Positions 44,266 to 56,695 of a DNA stretch of 64,000 nt are shown piece after piece. The notes under the pieces are model-generated. The model was not told the origin of the DNA and did no database searches. It was given only the letters and a program-made list of their open reading frames with translations. The first letter of the stretch is position 1. Every line of letters begins with the position of its first letter. The DNA is from Pseudomonadota bacterium (GTDB taxonomy: Bacteria; Pseudomonadota; Gammaproteobacteria; Burkholderiales; Eutrophovitaceae): NCBI GenBank assembly GCA_027624715.1, contig JAQBTV010000001.1, positions 139,752 to 203,751 of the forward strand, written 5' to 3'. The position numbers and the translations under genes are program-made.

Positions 44266-45591
44266 CTAACGCGAAGGAATCGCTCCGCCTTTAAAGTTTG
44301 TCTTTTTAAGAAGGCTCTCATACTGATGAGACATTGCATAAGCTTGAACTTGCTGCATAAAATCCATCGTAACCACAACAATAATCAACAAACTCGTTCC
44401 ACCAAAATAGAATGGAACATTCCAATTAACTATCATCAGCTCAGGTATCAAACACACGACGGTAATGTAAAAAGCACCTACCAACGTGAGTCGCATCACT
44501 ATTCGCTCAATATACTTTGTCGTTTGGTCACCCGGACGAATCCCCGGGACAAATGCTCCACTTTTCTTAAGATTATCAGCCGTCTCTCTGGGATTGAACA
44601 CCAAAGCCGTATAAAAAAAGCAGAAGAATATAATGGCCATCGCATACACAACCATATAAAGAACCTGCCCTGGATGTAATAGACCGCCAATGTCTCGGAG
44701 CCAATATAAACTTTCATTCGTCCCCAAAAATTCAGCTAACGTTGCTGGGAACAAAATGATACTCGAAGCAAAAATCGGTGGAATAACCCCAGCCATATTA
44801 AGCTTGAGAGGTAAATGGGAACTCTGCCCACCATAAACCTTATTACCCACTTGTCGTTTCGCATAATTGACTAAAATTTTACGCTGTCCTCGCTCCACAA
44901 AAACCACAACCCCAGTAATTGCGAGCACACCAATGAAAATTAACACAACGAGCGGGATGGAGAACGAACCTGTCCTAACGAGTTCTAAAGTACCCCCAAC
45001 AGCACTGGGTAACCCTGCGGCTATACCGGCAAAAATGATGAGGGAAATTCCGTTACCGATACCACGCTCGGTTATCTGCTCGCCCAACCACATTAGAAAC
45101 AAAGTCCCTGTTACTAAAGTGACTACGGTAGTGAATCTAAAAGCGAGTCCCGGGTCGAGTACGAGGTTTGCTTGAGATTCAAGAGCCGCTGATATACCAA
45201 TCGCTTGGAAAGTGGCCAAAACAACAGTTCCGTAGCGCGTATATTTAGTTATTTTCTTGCGACCAGATTCACCTTCCTTCTTTAGTTGCTCAAAGGTCGG
45301 GACCGTTACGGTCATCAACTGCATGATAATCGACGCCGAAATATACGGCATGATGCCCAAAGCAAATATGGTGAAACGCTCAAGCGCTCCACCAGAGAAC
45401 ATATTGAACATGCCTAATATGCCGCCTTGCTGAGCCTTAAATAACTCCTCTAACTGAATCGGATCGATACCAGGCACAGGCACATGTGCACCAAGGCGAT
45501 ACACAACTAACGCGAGCAATAGGAATAGTAAGCGCGATTTTAAATCGCCATACTTGCTCATCCCGGAATCTTTATTAAATCCGACGGCCAA
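44266..45591 (-). CDS. secY: Preprotein translocase subunit SecY
   Basis: 441 aa, 10-TM SecY sequence ([14 protein letters not shown]). Confidence 0.97.
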   Translation of the reverse strand: MAVGFNKDSGMSKYGDLKSRLLFLLLALVVYRLGAHVPVPGIDPIQLEELFKAQQGGILGMFNMFSGGALERFTIFALGIMPYISASIIMQLMTVTVPTFEQLKKEGESGRKKITKYTRYGTVVLATFQAIGISAALESQANLVLDPGLAFRFTTVVTLVTGTLFLMWLGEQITERGIGNGISLIIFAGIAAGLPSAVGGTLELVRTGSFSIPLVVLIFIGVLAITGVVVFVERGQRKILVNYAKRQVGNKVYGGQSSHLPLKLNMAGVIPPIFASSIILFPATLAEFLGTNESLYWLRDIGGLLHPGQVLYMVVYAMAIIFFCFFYTALVFNPRETADNLKKSGAFVPGIRPGDQTTKYIERIVMRLTLVGAFYITVVCLIPELMIVNWNVPFYFGGTSLLIIVVVTMDFMQQVQAYAMSHQYESLLKKTNFKGGAIPSR

Positions 45592-45595
45592 AGCC

Positions 45596-46036
45596 TTAAT
45601 CCTCTATCTTTCCGCCAGCGGACTCAATAGCGAGTCGCGCTCCTTTTGTAACAAATATCCCCTTTAGCTGAGGTTTCTTGCCCTCTGCTAAAACCCCCGA
45701 GAGAAACACTTTTGCACCGCTAACAAAGTTTGGAATAATCTGCGCAGCCTTCAAAGCCTGTAAATCAATCACATCCACATCAACTTTATTTAATTCGTCT
45801 AATCTGACTTCACGAGTATCGTCGCTTGTCATCGACCGGAAACCTCGCTTAGGAAGCCGTCTAGCCATCGGCATCTGACCACCCTCAAAGCCAACTTTAT
45901 GGTAGCCACCAGCGCGAGAATGCTGTCCCTTATGACCCCGGCCTGCAGTTTTACCTTTACCACTACCGACCCCACGACCAACCCTCATCCTGTCTTTTTT
46001 AGACCCATCCGCTGGGCTAATGTCATTCAATCTCAT
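45596..46036 (-). CDS. rplO: 50S ribosomal protein L15
   Basis: 146 aa; [19 protein letters not shown] motif. Confidence 0.95.
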   Translation of the reverse strand: MRLNDISPADGSKKDRMRVGRGVGSGKGKTAGRGHKGQHSRAGGYHKVGFEGGQMPMARRLPKRGFRSMTSDDTREVRLDELNKVDVDVIDLQALKAAQIIPNFVSGAKVFLSGVLAEGKKPQLKGIFVTKGARLAIESAGGKIED

Positions 46037-46040
46037 TTAC

Positions 46041-46241
46041 TTAACCCTCAACTTTCACAAGGTAGTCGACTTTCGCAATCATGCCCCGTACTGCCGGAGT
46101 ATCCTCAAGCGTAACCGTGTGTCTAATCCTGCGCAGACCCAACCCCATTACGGTAGCGCGATGGGATTTCTTCGTACCAATAACACTTTTCACAAGTGTT
46201 ACTTTTAGAGTCTTATCTGCCTGCTTCCCTGTCGTATTCAT
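46041..46241 (-). CDS. rpmD: 50S ribosomal protein L30
   Basis: 66 aa; [10 protein letters not shown]...DTPAVRGMI motif. Confidence 0.9.
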   Translation of the reverse strand: MNTTGKQADKTLKVTLVKSVIGTKKSHRATVMGLGLRRIRHTVTLEDTPAVRGMIAKVDYLVKVEG

Positions 46242-46244
46242 GAA

Positions 46245-46757
46245 TTACCCCAAAATCTCTTCAACCGTTTTGCCACGCTTTAGCGCAATCTCAGATGGTG
46301 AGTTCATTTTTGCCAGCCCGTTCAAAGTTGCGCGGACCATGTTATAAGGATTAGTTGACCCAATACATTTAGCAAGAATATTAGTCACACCCATAACTTC
46401 GAAGACCGCGCGCATCGGACCACCAGCAATAATTCCAGTACCCGCTGAGGCTGGCTGCATGTAAACCTTCGCCGCCCCGTGTGTTCCTACAACCGCGTGG
46501 TGTAAAGTGCCGCTATTTAAGGAAACCTTTAACAACTTCTTGCGGGCTTCTTCCATAGCTTTTTGAATGGCAACAGGAACCTCTTTCGATTTCCCTTTAC
46601 CCATACCTATACCGCCGTCTCCATCGCCCACTACGGCCAAAGCGGCAAAAGCAAGAATTCGACCACCCTTGACTACCTTAGTGACTCGGTTAACGGCTAC
46701 CATTTTTTCACGGATACCGTCTTTACTTTCCTCTGAATGATTCTGTGCTCGTGCCAT
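46245..46757 (-). CDS. rpsE: 30S ribosomal protein S5
   Basis: 170 aa; [12 protein letters not shown] motif. Confidence 0.95.
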   Translation of the reverse strand: MARAQNHSEESKDGIREKMVAVNRVTKVVKGGRILAFAALAVVGDGDGGIGMGKGKSKEVPVAIQKAMEEARKKLLKVSLNSGTLHHAVVGTHGAAKVYMQPASAGTGIIAGGPMRAVFEVMGVTNILAKCIGSTNPYNMVRATLNGLAKMNSPSEIALKRGKTVEEILG

Positions 46758-46766
46758 AGTTATCCT

Positions 46767-47129
46767 TTAAATCTGTAGACCGGCCTCTCTTGCGGCCTCC
46801 GCTAACGCTTTGATACGTCCTGTGTACTTGAACCCAGATCGATCAAATGCAACCTGTTCCAACCCTTTTTCTTTCGCTTTCTTCGCTATCCGCGCACCCA
46901 CCTCGGTCGCCGCTTTGATATTTCCGCCATTGGACAGAACCTTACGAACCTCAGTCTCTGCCGTTGACGCAGAAACAATTACCTTAGCGTCACGATCCAA
47001 AATTTGGGCATAAATATGCAAGTTCGTTCTGTGAACCTGCAATCGGTAACCCGCTCCAGAACTATGGATCTGGTGTCGAATTTTTCTAGCTCTACGCGCC
47101 CTAGACGCATTTTTAACTGACTCTGACAT
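46767..47129 (-). CDS. rplR: 50S ribosomal protein L18
   Basis: 120 aa; [10 protein letters not shown]-terminus and [15 protein letters not shown]. Confidence 0.95.
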   Translation of the reverse strand: MSESVKNASRARRARKIRHQIHSSGAGYRLQVHRTNLHIYAQILDRDAKVIVSASTAETEVRKVLSNGGNIKAATEVGARIAKKAKEKGLEQVAFDRSGFKYTGRIKALAEAAREAGLQI

Positions 47130-47138
47130 GAACTGGCC

Positions 47139-47672
47139 TTATTTTTTCTTGGTTTCTTTCATGACAACTCGCTCATCCGCATAACGCACCCCTTTACCCT
47201 TATAAGGCTCCGGAGGTCGATATCCTCGGACATCTGCTGCAACTTGACCAACTAATTGTTTATCGACCCCTTTGATGAGGACTTCTGTTTGTTGTGGCGT
47301 CTCAACCTTGATACCTACAGGCATTTGGTGCACCACAGGATGTGAGAAACCTAAAGAAAGGTTCAGCTTATCCCCTTGTGCTTGCGCCCTGTAACCCACG
47401 CCAACGAGCGTGAGCTTCTTCTCAAATCCAGACGAGACACCTGTAACCATGTTCGCAATCACCGCTCTGGTGGTGCCATAAAGAGCTCTCGCCTGTCGAC
47501 TGTCATTCAATGGCACAACAGTTATAACTCCATCCTGTTGCGTCACTTTAACGACATCGCTAATTTCGCGACTTAAGACACCGAGAGATCCCTTAACCTC
47601 TACCTTGTTCCCAGCGATAGAGACTTGGATTCCGGAGGGAACCTTAATCGGATTTTTTCCAACACGTGACAT
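47139..47672 (-). CDS. rplF: 50S ribosomal protein L6
   Basis: 177 aa; MSRVGKNPI start. Confidence 0.95.
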   Translation of the reverse strand: MSRVGKNPIKVPSGIQVSIAGNKVEVKGSLGVLSREISDVVKVTQQDGVITVVPLNDSRQARALYGTTRAVIANMVTGVSSGFEKKLTLVGVGYRAQAQGDKLNLSLGFSHPVVHQMPVGIKVETPQQTEVLIKGVDKQLVGQVAADVRGYRPPEPYKGKGVRYADERVVMKETKKK

Positions 47673-47726
47673 TTTCTATAACTCCAAATCGATTCTTCAT
47701 TTAAAGATCATGATCGCCTTCTCTAC

Positions 47727-48125
47727 TTAAGCGACGATACAGAGAACTTCACCACCGATGCCAGTGCTCCTGGCTCTACGATCTGTCATCACACCCTTAG
47801 GTGTAGAGACAATCGCAACACCAAGACCATTCATAACCGTTGGAATATCTTGGGCTCCTTTATAAATACGTAACCCTGGCCGGCTGACGCGCTCAATTTT
47901 TTCAATGACAGGCTGACCCGCATAATACTTTAGGATCAACTCTAGCTCAGACTTCTTCTCATCTTGCCCGATAACGGTCATCGACTCGATGTATCCTTCA
48001 TCGATCAAAACTTGTGCAATTGCCTTCTTTACGTTACTAAATGGCATCTTGACGCTGCTCTTTTCCGCCATTTGGGCGTTTCTGATTCTCGTCAACATGT
48101 CAGCGATCGGATCACTCATACTCAT
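47727..48125 (-). CDS. rpsH: 30S ribosomal protein S8
   Basis: 132 aa; [13 protein letters not shown] motif. Confidence 0.95.
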   Translation of the reverse strand: MSMSDPIADMLTRIRNAQMAEKSSVKMPFSNVKKAIAQVLIDEGYIESMTVIGQDEKKSELELILKYYAGQPVIEKIERVSRPGLRIYKGAQDIPTVMNGLGVAIVSTPKGVMTDRRARSTGIGGEVLCIVA

Positions 48126-48137
48126 AACTGTACTCTC

Positions 48138-48443
48138 CTACCAACTCGCTTTAATTATTCCAGGAACCTCACCGCGCATAGCAATTTCACGAAGCTTCCC
48201 GCGGGCAAGGCCAAATTTACTATAGACACCACGCGGCCTTCCAGTTAGAGCGCAGCGATTGCGCAAACGAACCGGACTGGCATTTCGAGGTAGTTTTTGT
48301 AACGTCTGACGCGCGACATATTTCTCTTCTTCTGAAGACTGCGCGCTCTTAAGTACGGCATCAATTGCTGCTCTTTTTTCTGCGTATTTTGCGACCATAA
48401 CACGACGCTTTATATCTCTATATATGATAGATTTTTTAGCCAT
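48138..48443 (-). CDS. rpsN: 30S ribosomal protein S14 (long, non-zinc form)
   Basis: Start placed at [14 protein letters not shown] (M28 of the tracked ORF, giving 101 aa). The upstream extension overlaps the rplE 3' end. Confidence 0.92.
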   Translation of the reverse strand: MAKKSIIYRDIKRRVMVAKYAEKRAAIDAVLKSAQSSEEEKYVARQTLQKLPRNASPVRLRNRCALTGRPRGVYSKFGLARGKLREIAMRGEVPGIIKASW

Positions 48444-48450
48444 TAGATCC

Positions 48451-49032
48451 TCAATTCCTAAACGGAAAACGAAAAGCCGATAATAGAGAGCGAGCTTCCT
48501 TATCGGTCTTAGCAGTTGTCGCAATAGTCACATTCAAACCACGTAACATGTCAATTTTGTCGTACTTTACTTCTGGGAAAATTATTTGCTCCCGAACGCC
48601 CATATTAAAGTTACCACGCCCGTCGAACGACTTAGCTGGAATGCCGCGAAAATCCCTAATTCGAGGGATAGCAACAGAAATTAAACGATCTAAAAACTCG
48701 TACATTCTCCGTCCTCGTAGCGTCACCTTGCACCCAATAGGATATCCATCACGTATTTTAAAACCCGCAATTGACTTCTTAGCCTTCGTAACAATCGGTT
48801 TTTGCCCAGAAATGAGAGTCATATCTCCCACTGCATGCTCAAGCACTTTCTTGTCAGCCACCGCTTCGCCAACGCCCATATTGAGGACAATCTTTGTGAT
48901 ACGAGGGACCCCCATAATCGACTTATACTTGTACTCACTCATAAGACCCGGAACCACTTCGGCCTTATACATCTCAGCCAACCGCGCTCCATGGAGCCCC
49001 TGCTGACCGGTTTCATTAGCCTTATTACTCAT
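48451..49032 (-). CDS. rplE: 50S ribosomal protein L5
   Basis: L5 core ([16 protein letters not shown]). The tracked ATG gives about 15 extra N-terminal residues versus typical L5, but it sits 10 nt after the rplX stop. Confidence 0.9.
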   Translation of the reverse strand: MSNKANETGQQGLHGARLAEMYKAEVVPGLMSEYKYKSIMGVPRITKIVLNMGVGEAVADKKVLEHAVGDMTLISGQKPIVTKAKKSIAGFKIRDGYPIGCKVTLRGRRMYEFLDRLISVAIPRIRDFRGIPAKSFDGRGNFNMGVREQIIFPEVKYDKIDMLRGLNVTIATTAKTDKEARSLLSAFRFPFRN

Positions 49033-49042
49033 TCAAAACCTT

Positions 49043-49360
49043 TCAAGAATCGAGCATTTCGCCATTTGAGCGAAATATCCGCACACGAGAGCCGTCTTCT
49101 AGCGTTTTAATGCCAACACGGTCGCCTTTTTTTGTCGCGGGGTTGAATATAGCGAGGTTAGATCGCTGTATCGGCATTTCTTTAGTATTAATACCCCCAG
49201 CTGCACCCGTCATTGGGTTACCCTTTTGGTGCTTTTTAACGAGATTAACCCCCTCAACCAACACCCTAGTATTGGCCAGCACTTGCAACACGGTGCCTTG
49301 CTTACCCCTATCTCGTCCCAAGGTCACTATGACTTGGTCACCTTTTCGAATTTTTTGCAT
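49043..49360 (-). CDS. rplX: 50S ribosomal protein L24
   Basis: 105 aa; [12 protein letters not shown] start (KOW motif). Confidence 0.95.
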   Translation of the reverse strand: MQKIRKGDQVIVTLGRDRGKQGTVLQVLANTRVLVEGVNLVKKHQKGNPMTGAAGGINTKEMPIQRSNLAIFNPATKKGDRVGIKTLEDGSRVRIFRSNGEMLDS

Positions 49361-49373
49361 CGCGCGTCCTTCT

Positions 49374-49742
49374 CTACAAAACCTCTGGTGCGAGAGAAAC
49401 TATTTTCATAAATTTCTCCGTCCTCAACTCTCGGGTAACTGGCCCGAAAATCCGCGTACCGATTGGCTCTAATTTAGCGTTGAGCAACACTGCTGCATTT
49501 GAATCAAACTTGATCTTGGACCCGTCCTGACGACGGACCCCAGCAGCTGTTCGAACCACAACAGCGTTATAAACTTCGCCTTTTTTTACCCTACCTCGCG
49601 GCGCAGCATCTTTGATGGCCACCTTGATAACATCACCCACGCCTGCGTATCGTCTTTTCGAGCCGCCAAGCACCTTAATACACATTACAGAACGCGCACC
49701 AGTGTTATCAGCGACCTGAAGTCGTGTTTGCATTTGGATCAT
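49374..49742 (-). CDS. rplN: 50S ribosomal protein L14
   Basis: Start placed at [17 protein letters not shown] (M8 of the tracked ORF, giving 122 aa). Confidence 0.95.
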   Translation of the reverse strand: MIQMQTRLQVADNTGARSVMCIKVLGGSKRRYAGVGDVIKVAIKDAAPRGRVKKGEVYNAVVVRTAAGVRRQDGSKIKFDSNAAVLLNAKLEPIGTRIFGPVTRELRTEKFMKIVSLAPEVL

Positions 49743-49912
49743 AAGTTTTACGCCTAATTTCAACCAACTTATCCCAAGTCAAGGGACAGTTTTGGCACCC
49801 GTTCGGGTTAAAAACAACTCCTAGTGATCAACCTCAGCAATATTGCCCAGATTAGCTCCACCGGAAAAGCCGAGCATTTTATCTGAAACCGCTCCTTCAA
49901 ACAAGCCTAATG

Positions 49913-50188
49913 TTAGGTTTGCCTTGATTTTTCTAATACTTGAGCAACCGTCCAACTCTTCGTCTTAGAGCGCGGCACACCTTCTTCTATCAGCACTGTA
50001 TCTCCGATTTGGCACTCATTGGGCTCATCGTGCGCATGGTACTTACTCGATTGCTTCATTAATTTTCCATAAAGCGGGTGTTTCACTTGCCGCTCAACAA
50101 GCACGGTAACCGTTTTATCCATTTTATCGGAGACAACACGACCCTTCAGTCGACGACGATTAGCGGTGGTCTTATCAGACATTTGCAC
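49913..50188 (-). CDS. rpsQ: 30S ribosomal protein S17
   Basis: 91 aa; [18 protein letters not shown] motif. Confidence 0.95.
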   Translation of the reverse strand: MQMSDKTTANRRRLKGRVVSDKMDKTVTVLVERQVKHPLYGKLMKQSSKYHAHDEPNECQIGDTVLIEEGVPRSKTKSWTVAQVLEKSRQT

Positions 50189-50372
50189 TCACTTTCTTTG
50201 CCAATACGGTTTTAACACGGGCGATGTCTCGACGAACCTTAACAATCTCGCTAGAGTTAGTCAGTTGTTGAGTCGCCTTTTGCATCCTTAACGTAAATGC
50301 AGCCTTGAGTAACTCATGTAATTCTTTATTCAAATCTTCAACGCTTTTGTTATCCAAATCTTTAGCTTTCAT
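50175..50372 (-). CDS. rpmC: 50S ribosomal protein L29
   Basis: 65 aa; typical L29 helical sequence; position between rplP and rpsQ. Confidence 0.92.
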   Translation of the reverse strand: MKAKDLDNKSVEDLNKELHELLKAAFTLRMQKATQQLTNSSEIVKVRRDIARVKTVLAKKVSANV

Positions 50373-50375
50373 GCC

Positions 50376-50789
50376 TTATCCCAAATTTTTATGGACAAAG
50401 ATGGTACGAAGAGGAAGCTTGGCTGCCGCAAGCCTGAACGCCTCTCTCGCGACGTCTTCTTGGACTCCATCCATTTCGTACAATACTTTTCCTGGTTGAA
50501 TTTCAGCGACCCAATACTCCACGCTTCCTTTTCCTTTGCCCATTCGAACCTCTGCAGGTTTTTGGGAAATAGGCTTATCAGGAAAGATGCGTATCCAAAT
50601 TCGACCACCACGCTTGATGTAACGCGTCATTGCCCGACGAGCAGCTTCAATCTGCCTCGCCGTCAATCTGCCACGATCAATCGCCTTAAGGCCAAATTCA
50701 CCGAATGAAACCTTTGCTCCCCGGGTTGCAACCCCATAGTTCCGACCCTTAAACTGTTTACGGAATTTCGTCCTAGACGGCTGCAGCAT
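50376..50789 (-). CDS. rplP: 50S ribosomal protein L16
   Basis: 137 aa; [16 protein letters not shown] start. Confidence 0.95.
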   Translation of the reverse strand: MLQPSRTKFRKQFKGRNYGVATRGAKVSFGEFGLKAIDRGRLTARQIEAARRAMTRYIKRGGRIWIRIFPDKPISQKPAEVRMGKGKGSVEYWVAEIQPGKVLYEMDGVQEDVAREAFRLAAAKLPLRTIFVHKNLG

Positions 50790-51492
50790 TATTCACTCCA
50801 GTTTTTCGTTGTTTTCTCGGCGCGGGCGGCACATCCGCAGGCAAGGCCGTTATCTGGTCCTTGGCGCCGAGCGTTTCACCTTTGTAGATCCAAACTTTGA
50901 TGCCGATGATTCCAAAAGTGGTCTGTGCTTCCGCCGTACCGTAATCTATTTCTGCTCTAAGCGTATGGAGGGGAACACGTCCCTCTCGATACCACTCGGT
51001 CCTAGCAATGTCTATACCGTTCAACCGACCCGCACTCATTATTTTGATACCCTGAGCACCAAGGCGCATCGCATTTTGCATCGCTCGCTTCATGGCTCTA
51101 CGAAAAGCGATTCTCTTCGTTAATTGTTGAGCAATCGAGTCTGCAATTAATTGTGCATCAACCTCTGGCTTGCGCACCTCTTCAATATTTAGATGGACAG
51201 GCACGCCCATTAAGCGCTGAAGCTCAGCCCTCAACACCTCAATATCTTCGCCTTTTTTTCCAATAACAATACCCGGTCGGGCGCTGTGGATGGTGATTTT
51301 GGCATTCTTGGCTGGGCGCTCAATAATAACTTTCGCTACAGAGGCATGAGCAAGTCGCTTTTTGAGATACTTGCGTACCTCAATATCCTGAAGCAACATT
51401 GCGGAAAAATCTCTTCCTACTGCATACCATTTGGAAGTCCAATTACGCTGTACACCTAAGCGAAATCCAATCGGGTTGATTTTCTGTCCCAT
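50773..51492 (-). CDS. rpsC: 30S ribosomal protein S3
   Basis: 239 aa; [13 protein letters not shown] start; C-terminal extension overlaps the rplP start by 17 nt. Confidence 0.95.
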   Translation of the reverse strand: MGQKINPIGFRLGVQRNWTSKWYAVGRDFSAMLLQDIEVRKYLKKRLAHASVAKVIIERPAKNAKITIHSARPGIVIGKKGEDIEVLRAELQRLMGVPVHLNIEEVRKPEVDAQLIADSIAQQLTKRIAFRRAMKRAMQNAMRLGAQGIKIMSAGRLNGIDIARTEWYREGRVPLHTLRAEIDYGTAEAQTTFGIIGIKVWIYKGETLGAKDQITALPADVPPAPRKQRKTGVNNAAAV

Positions 51493-51494
51493 AC

Positions 51495-51836
51495 CTACTC
51501 CTTAGGCTTATCGCCGACAGTCAAAAAAACATGACTGGTCGGTTTAAGAATCTGTACCCCCCGCCCCTTAGCTCGAGGACGAAAGCGTTTAAAAACAGGG
51601 CCTTTTTCGACGAATATTCGAGTAACCTTCAATTCATCTATATCAGCACCATCGTTGTGTTCAGCATTTGCAATCGCTGACTCCAATACCTTCTTGATGA
51701 TTTGAGCCCCTTTCTTAGGGCTAAACTTAAGCACATCAAGAGCCTTATCAACTGGCATACCCCTTATCTGGTCAGCCACAAGGCGACCTTTTTGTGGGGA
51801 CAGTCTCACACCACGAAGTACAGCTGATGTTTCCAT
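51495..51836 (-). CDS. rplV: 50S ribosomal protein L22
   Basis: 113 aa; typical L22 sequence and operon position. Confidence 0.95.
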   Translation of the reverse strand: METSAVLRGVRLSPQKGRLVADQIRGMPVDKALDVLKFSPKKGAQIIKKVLESAIANAEHNDGADIDELKVTRIFVEKGPVFKRFRPRAKGRGVQILKPTSHVFLTVGDKPKE

Positions 51837-51851
51837 ATCTAAAACCTCACC

Positions 51852-52130
51852 TTATCTCTTAGCGACTTTTTTATCTGCCGTATGACCTTTAAAGGTCCTT
51901 GTATTCGAAAATTCACCAAGCTTATGCCCAACCATATTTTCGGTTACATATACAGGAACATGTTGCCTCCCGTTATGTACGGCAATAGTTAAGCCTATAA
52001 AATCAGGCAAAATAGTCGACCGTCGTGACCATGTCTTTACCGGTCTCTTGTCGTTTCCAGAGCGAGCTGTATCCACTTTTTTAATAAGATGGAGGTCAAC
52101 AAAAGGTCCTTTTTTAAGTGATCGTGCCAT
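51852..52130 (-). CDS. rpsS: 30S ribosomal protein S19
   Basis: 92 aa; [12 protein letters not shown] start. Confidence 0.95.
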   Translation of the reverse strand: MARSLKKGPFVDLHLIKKVDTARSGNDKRPVKTWSRRSTILPDFIGLTIAVHNGRQHVPVYVTENMVGHKLGEFSNTRTFKGHTADKKVAKR

Positions 52131-52143
52131 TGCTTATACCCCT

Positions 52144-52968
52144 TTATTTAGCTCGTCTTCGAACGATCATGTTTTGAGTCCGCTTATTATTACGAGTCCG
52201 GAACCCTTTCGAAAGCGTTCCCCAAGGACTGACTGGATCTCTCTTAGTACCGGTACGGCCTTCACCGCCGCCGTGTGGGTGATCCACCGGATTCATGGCA
52301 ACACCACGAACAGTTGGTCTGATACCTCTCCAACGTTTCGCCCCAGCTTTCCCCAAACTTCTAAGGCTATGCTCGCTATTGCCCACCTCACCGATAGTGG
52401 CGCGACACTCGATAGAAATTTTTCGAATCTCACCAGACCGCAAACGAAGCTGCGCATATAGACCTTCTTTTGCCAATAGCTGCACAGACGTTCCTGCTGA
52501 ACGAGCCATCTGAGCACCTTTTCCCGGCTTCATCTCAATACAGTGAATGGTGGTACCAACCGGAATATTTTTAATGGGTAGAGCATTACCTGGCTTAATG
52601 GCTGCTAGCGCCCCGTTTTCCACCTGATCTCCAGCACTAATTCCACGCGGCGCCAAAACGTACCGCCTTTCTCCATCTGCGTAGAGAATCAAAGCAATAT
52701 TTGCACTGCGGTTGGGGTCATACTCCAACCGCTCGACGCGTCCAAGAATACCGTCCTTATCGCGCTTAAAATCTATGATTCGATAAAGGCGCTTGTGCCC
52801 ACCACCTTGATGGCGGGTCGTAATATGACCTTGATTATTTCGTCCAGCTCTTTTTAGAAGCGACTCAACGAGCGGCTCGTGTGGACGTCCCTTGTGCAAT
52901 TCTTTATTAACAACGGCAACAACGCTACGTCGACCCGGCGAGGTTGGATTCATTTTTACGAGAGCCAT
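52144..52968 (-). CDS. rplB: 50S ribosomal protein L2
   Basis: 274 aa; [16 protein letters not shown] motif. Confidence 0.97.
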   Translation of the reverse strand: MALVKMNPTSPGRRSVVAVVNKELHKGRPHEPLVESLLKRAGRNNQGHITTRHQGGGHKRLYRIIDFKRDKDGILGRVERLEYDPNRSANIALILYADGERRYVLAPRGISAGDQVENGALAAIKPGNALPIKNIPVGTTIHCIEMKPGKGAQMARSAGTSVQLLAKEGLYAQLRLRSGEIRKISIECRATIGEVGNSEHSLRSLGKAGAKRWRGIRPTVRGVAMNPVDHPHGGGEGRTGTKRDPVSPWGTLSKGFRTRNNKRTQNMIVRRRAK

Positions 52969-53285
52969 TAGCTAACCTCCCCAGATGTCAGGTCTATATC
53001 CTGGCCTGGTTTCAGACAAACGTATGCCTTCTTCCAGTTCTTTCGTTGTCCGATTCGCTGACCAGTACGTTTCTTTTTACCTTTCACATGCACGACTTGC
53101 ACACTGTCCACGTCCTTTTGGAAGAGCATCTCAATCGCTGACTTAATTTCAGCCTTAGTCGCGTCAGTCGCAACTCGAAATGCAAATTGACTTCTAGCAT
53201 TCGCAATTTCTGTCGCTTTTTCTGATACCACCGGACCCAAAATTACCTTGAGCAATCGCTCCTGACTGAACTTTAACGGGCTCAT
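52968..53285 (-). CDS. rplW: 50S ribosomal protein L23
   Basis: 105 aa; typical L23 sequence and operon position. Confidence 0.92.
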   Translation of the reverse strand: MSPLKFSQERLLKVILGPVVSEKATEIANARSQFAFRVATDATKAEIKSAIEMLFQKDVDSVQVVHVKGKKKRTGQRIGQRKNWKKAYVCLKPGQDIDLTSGEVS

Positions 53286-53902
53286 GATAATGACTCCTCT
53301 AGATGAGCAATCGCGTCTTTGGTAATCACGACCTTCTCAAAGTGCAACAAGCTTACGGGATCCGCTTGAGCTGGCGTCAAAACGTCAACGTTGTGTAAAT
53401 TTCGTGCCGCTAAGTACAAATTCTCATCCGGATCAATGGTGACGATCAACGCGCTAACGACTCCGAGCTCTTTAATCTTGGTGCTCAATAACTTTGTTTT
53501 AGGTGCGTCGACGGAGAATGAGTCGATAATAATCAACCGATCCTCGCGAACCAATTGTGAAAAGATCGAAGAAATACCAGCTCGGTACATCTTTCGATTG
53601 ATCTTTTGCGAAAAGTTTTCATCTGGACTAGATGGGAAAGCCTTGCCACCCCCACGCCAAATTGGACTGCTTGCTGAACCTGCACGAGCACGGCCAGTAC
53701 CTTTTTGCTTCCACGGCTTGCGGTGTGAACGCGTTAGGTCTCCACGGGCTTTTTGCGCGCGCGTTCCGCTTCTGGCATTTGCCATGAACGATACGACCAA
53801 CTGATGTATTAACGATTCATTGTACTCGCGAGCAAACAGAGCATCCGAGACCTGAATTGAGCCTGCCGCCTCATTTGATCCATTAAGAATTTTTAATTCC
53901 AT
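53282..53902 (-). CDS. rplD: 50S ribosomal protein L4
   Basis: 206 aa; [15 protein letters not shown] motif. Confidence 0.95.
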   Translation of the reverse strand: MELKILNGSNEAAGSIQVSDALFAREYNESLIHQLVVSFMANARSGTRAQKARGDLTRSHRKPWKQKGTGRARAGSASSPIWRGGGKAFPSSPDENFSQKINRKMYRAGISSIFSQLVREDRLIIIDSFSVDAPKTKLLSTKIKELGVVSALIVTIDPDENLYLAARNLHNVDVLTPAQADPVSLLHFEKVVITKDAIAHLEESLS

Positions 53903-53904
53903 AG

Positions 53905-54549
53905 TTATACCCTCCTCTTAACGGAAGGAATAACAACAACGTCCGACCCATCCGCACCAGGCACTGAACCCTTAACGAATATCAAATTTCTTTCTTTATC
54001 AAGCTTAACGAGCTCAATATTTTGCGCAGTCCGCTTGGCCGAACCCAGATGACCAGCCATCTTTTTTCCGGGAAATACTCGACCTGGGTCTTGGTTCATA
54101 CCTGTCGACCCGTGAGCATTATGGGTAACTGACTGACCGTGACTGGCGCGTTGCGAAGAAAAGTGGTGTCTTTTAATGGCACCTGCAAATCCCTTACCCT
54201 TGGTAACCCCAGAGATATCAACGTACTTAATCTCTTCGAATAACCCGACATCGAGCGCCTGTCCGAGTGTCAACTCAGCAGTCGCTTCAGAGCCAAAGCG
54301 AAACTCATGAAAACCACGTGCACTTTCGACCCCTGCTCTAGCAAGATGTCCGGAAATTGCCTTATTAATTCGACTACGTTTACGCTCTCCATATGCTACT
54401 TGGACGGCGACGTACCCATCAGTCTCTGTAGATTTAACTTGAGACACTCGATTATTCGAAACGTCTAGGACGGTCACTGGCACGGACTCTCCGCCTTCAG
54501 TGAAAATCCTGGTCATTCCAACTTTACGACCTATCATTCCTATAGCCAT
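53905..54549 (-). CDS. rplC: 50S ribosomal protein L3
   Basis: Start placed at [16 protein letters not shown] (M10 of the tracked ORF, giving 214 aa). Confidence 0.95.
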   Translation of the reverse strand: MAIGMIGRKVGMTRIFTEGGESVPVTVLDVSNNRVSQVKSTETDGYVAVQVAYGERKRSRINKAISGHLARAGVESARGFHEFRFGSEATAELTLGQALDVGLFEEIKYVDISGVTKGKGFAGAIKRHHFSSQRASHGQSVTHNAHGSTGMNQDPGRVFPGKKMAGHLGSAKRTAQNIELVKLDKERNLIFVKGSVPGADGSDVVVIPSVKRRV

Positions 54550-54645
54550 TATTATTTCCTCAATTGAGGGACCCACTTCAATTGGCAGGTCTTTAATTAT
54601 TTAACAAATCAGGAGCCCGAGAGCCCCAATCTAAAACATTACAAA

Positions 54646-54954
54646 CTACAACTTAATGTCTACGTCAACTCCAGCTGGTAAATCGAGTTTCATTAACGCG
54701 TCTACAGTCTTATCCGTAGGATCGATAATGTCCATCAGCCGTTGATGCGTCCGCATTTCAAGCTGCTCACGAGATTTTTTATCTACGTGCGGAGATCGAA
54801 GCAAATCAAACCGCTCAATACGGGTTGGCAAGGGTACAGGACCTTTTACTACGGCGCCAGTCCGCTTTGCGGTCTCGACGATCTCGATAGCAGATTGATC
54901 AATCAATTTATAATCAAACCCTTTCAAGCGAATTCGAATTTTTTGCTTATCCAT
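54646..54954 (-). CDS. rpsJ: 30S ribosomal protein S10
   Basis: 102 aa; [14 protein letters not shown] motif; first gene of the S10 operon. Confidence 0.95.
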   Translation of the reverse strand: MDKQKIRIRLKGFDYKLIDQSAIEIVETAKRTGAVVKGPVPLPTRIERFDLLRSPHVDKKSREQLEMRTHQRLMDIIDPTDKTVDALMKLDLPAGVDVDIKL

Positions 54955-55006
54955 TCAATTATCTCTTATCTGGGAGGAGACACTCACGCGCACCACCTGA
55001 TTAACT

Positions 55007-56197
55007 TTACTCCGTGACTTTAGAGACGACGCCAGCACCTACGGTACGGCCACCCTCTCTAATCGCGAAACGCAATCCTTCTTCCATCGCTATAGGCTGA
55101 ATTAACGTCACTTTCATCTGAACGTTATCACCAGGCATAACCATTTCGATACCCGCTGGCAAATCGCAAGAACCCGTCACGTCTGTCGTCCTAAAGTAGA
55201 ACTGAGGACGATATCCATTAAAGAACGGCGTATGTCGTCCACCCTCATCTTTACTCAGAATATAAACCTCAGCATCAAACTTCGTGTGCGGCGTAATAGA
55301 ACCAGGCTTAGCCAACACTTGACCACGCTCAACTTCATCACGCTTCGTACCACGCAACAAGATACCCACGTTATCGCCAGCCTGACCTTGATCAAGCAAC
55401 TTACGGAACATCTCAACACCTGTACACACTGTCTTAAGTGTGTCTTTCAAGCCAATAATTTCAATTTCATCGTTAACGTGGACAATACCTCGCTCAACAC
55501 GACCCGTAACGACTGTTCCACGACCAGAAATTGAGAACACATCCTCAACCGGCATCAGGAACGCCATATCCAAGATTCGCTTTGGCTGAGGAATGTACGT
55601 ATCAAGCGCATCAGCAAGTTTCATAATCGCAACCTCACCGTGCTCCCCTTGGTCGCCCTCAAGCGCCTTCAGTGCAGAACCAGTCACAATCGGTGTGTCA
55701 TCACCCGGGAAATCATACTTCTCGAGCAACTCTCGAACTTCCATCTCCACCAACTCAAGCAACTCAGCATCATCGACCATGTCCGCTTTGTTCAAAAATA
55801 CGATGATGTACGGAACACCGACCTGACGCGCAAGCAAGATATGCTCTCGTGTCTGTGGCATTGGGCCATCAGCAGCGGAAACCACCAAGATCGCACCATC
55901 CATCTGTGCCGCACCAGTAATCATGTTCTTAACGTAATCAGCGTGACCTGGACAATCCACGTGCGCGTAATGGCGCAACGCTGTCTCATACTCTACGTGC
56001 GACGTATTAATCGTAATACCCCGCGCTTTTTCCTCAGGCGCGTTATCAATCTGATCGTAGGCCTTACTCTCGCCACCGACCTTTTTAGCCAGAACAGTTG
56101 TAATCGCCGCCGTTAGCGTCGTCTTACCATGGTCAACGTGTCCAATTGTTCCAACATTCACGTGCGGTTTTGTCCGCTCAAACTTTCCCTTTGCCAT
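55007..56197 (-). CDS. tuf: Elongation factor Tu
   Basis: Start placed at [27 protein letters not shown] (M34 of the tracked ORF, giving 396 aa). The tracked N-terminal extension overlaps tRNA-Thr. Confidence 0.97.
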   Translation of the reverse strand: MAKGKFERTKPHVNVGTIGHVDHGKTTLTAAITTVLAKKVGGESKAYDQIDNAPEEKARGITINTSHVEYETALRHYAHVDCPGHADYVKNMITGAAQMDGAILVVSAADGPMPQTREHILLARQVGVPYIIVFLNKADMVDDAELLELVEMEVRELLEKYDFPGDDTPIVTGSALKALEGDQGEHGEVAIMKLADALDTYIPQPKRILDMAFLMPVEDVFSISGRGTVVTGRVERGIVHVNDEIEIIGLKDTLKTVCTGVEMFRKLLDQGQAGDNVGILLRGTKRDEVERGQVLAKPGSITPHTKFDAEVYILSKDEGGRHTPFFNGYRPQFYFRTTDVTGSCDLPAGIEMVMPGDNVQMKVTLIQPIAMEEGLRFAIREGGRTVGAGVVSKVTE

Positions 56198-56251
56198 GAT
56201 TAACCCCCCCATTAAACTGATACTAACTCTAAAAAAATGCGCACAAAAGTT

Positions 56252-56326
<75 letters not shown>

Positions 56327-56344
56327 ACGCGGCTAAAGCAATTT

Positions 56345-56418
56345 TGGAGCGGGTGAAGGGAATCGAACCCTCGTCATAAGCTTGGAAGGCTTCAGCTCTA
56401 CCATTGAGCTACACCCGC
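56345..56418 (-). tRNA. tRNA-Gly (anticodon UCC)
   Basis: Hand-folded: acceptor GCGGGTG/CACCCGC, anticodon loop CTTCCAA, T arm GAGGG-TTCGATT-CCCTT, encoded CCA. One G-A mismatch at the top of the anticodon stem. Confidence 0.88.
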
Positions 56419-56526
56419 AGGCGCGACGGCAGCTAGTCAATTACGTTGCACTCAAGCCGCCAAGAAACCAAATAAATTTAGTGCTAATGCGAACGCCCCA
56501 AAAAATTTACTACAAAAACCATTTGC

Positions 56527-56611
56527 TGGTGGAGGGAGAAGGATTCGAACCTTCGAAGGCTGAGCCAACAGATTTACAGTCTGCCCCCTTTGACCGCTCG
56601 GGAACCCCTCC
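56527..56611 (-). tRNA. tRNA-Tyr (anticodon GUA), long variable arm
   Basis: Hand-folded: acceptor GGAGGGG/TCCCTCC, anticodon arm GCAGA-CTGTAAA-TCTGT, long variable arm, T arm GAAGG-TTCGAAT-CCTTC, encoded CCA. Confidence 0.9.
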
Positions 56612-56625
56612 GAACGAAGCGGGGC

Positions 56626-56654
56626 ATTATCAGGTTTTCAGATTTTGTTGTCAA
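56626..56654 (-). promoter_or_regulatory. Sigma70-type promoter for the tRNA-Tyr/Gly/Thr-tuf transcription unit
   Basis: The minus strand reads TTGACA-N17-GATAAT, followed by a GC-rich discriminator (GCCCCGC). The -10 element ends about 14 nt before the mature tRNA-Tyr 5' end. Confidence 0.6.
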
Positions 56655-56695
56655 TCATTGGGTTAGCATGCAAGAAAATACGATTCACGGTAGTT

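Noticed and set aside
49743-49912. The 170-nt gap between rpsQ and rplN as something unusual.
   Set aside because: This is the classical S10/spc operon boundary, which has a similarly long spacer in E. coli. A TTGACT is present, but I could not pair it with a convincing -10 element, so no promoter is called.
48444-54576. N-terminal extensions in the tracked ORFs for rpsN (48444-48524), rplN (49743-49763) and rplC (54550-54576).
   Set aside because: The canonical conserved N-termini begin at internal Met codons. The extensions overlap upstream genes or intergenic leaders.
41145-56116. Many 60-160-aa ORFs on the plus strand across the ribosomal-protein/tuf block (for example 41145-41522, 42226-42690, 48548-49006, 52048-52461, 53391-53804, 55640-56116).
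   Set aside because: All lie antisense to, or out of frame within, unmistakable ribosomal, secY, rpoA or tuf genes. Their translations are low-complexity (Ser/Thr/Pro/Arg-rich) with no recognisable motif. They are shadow ORFs.
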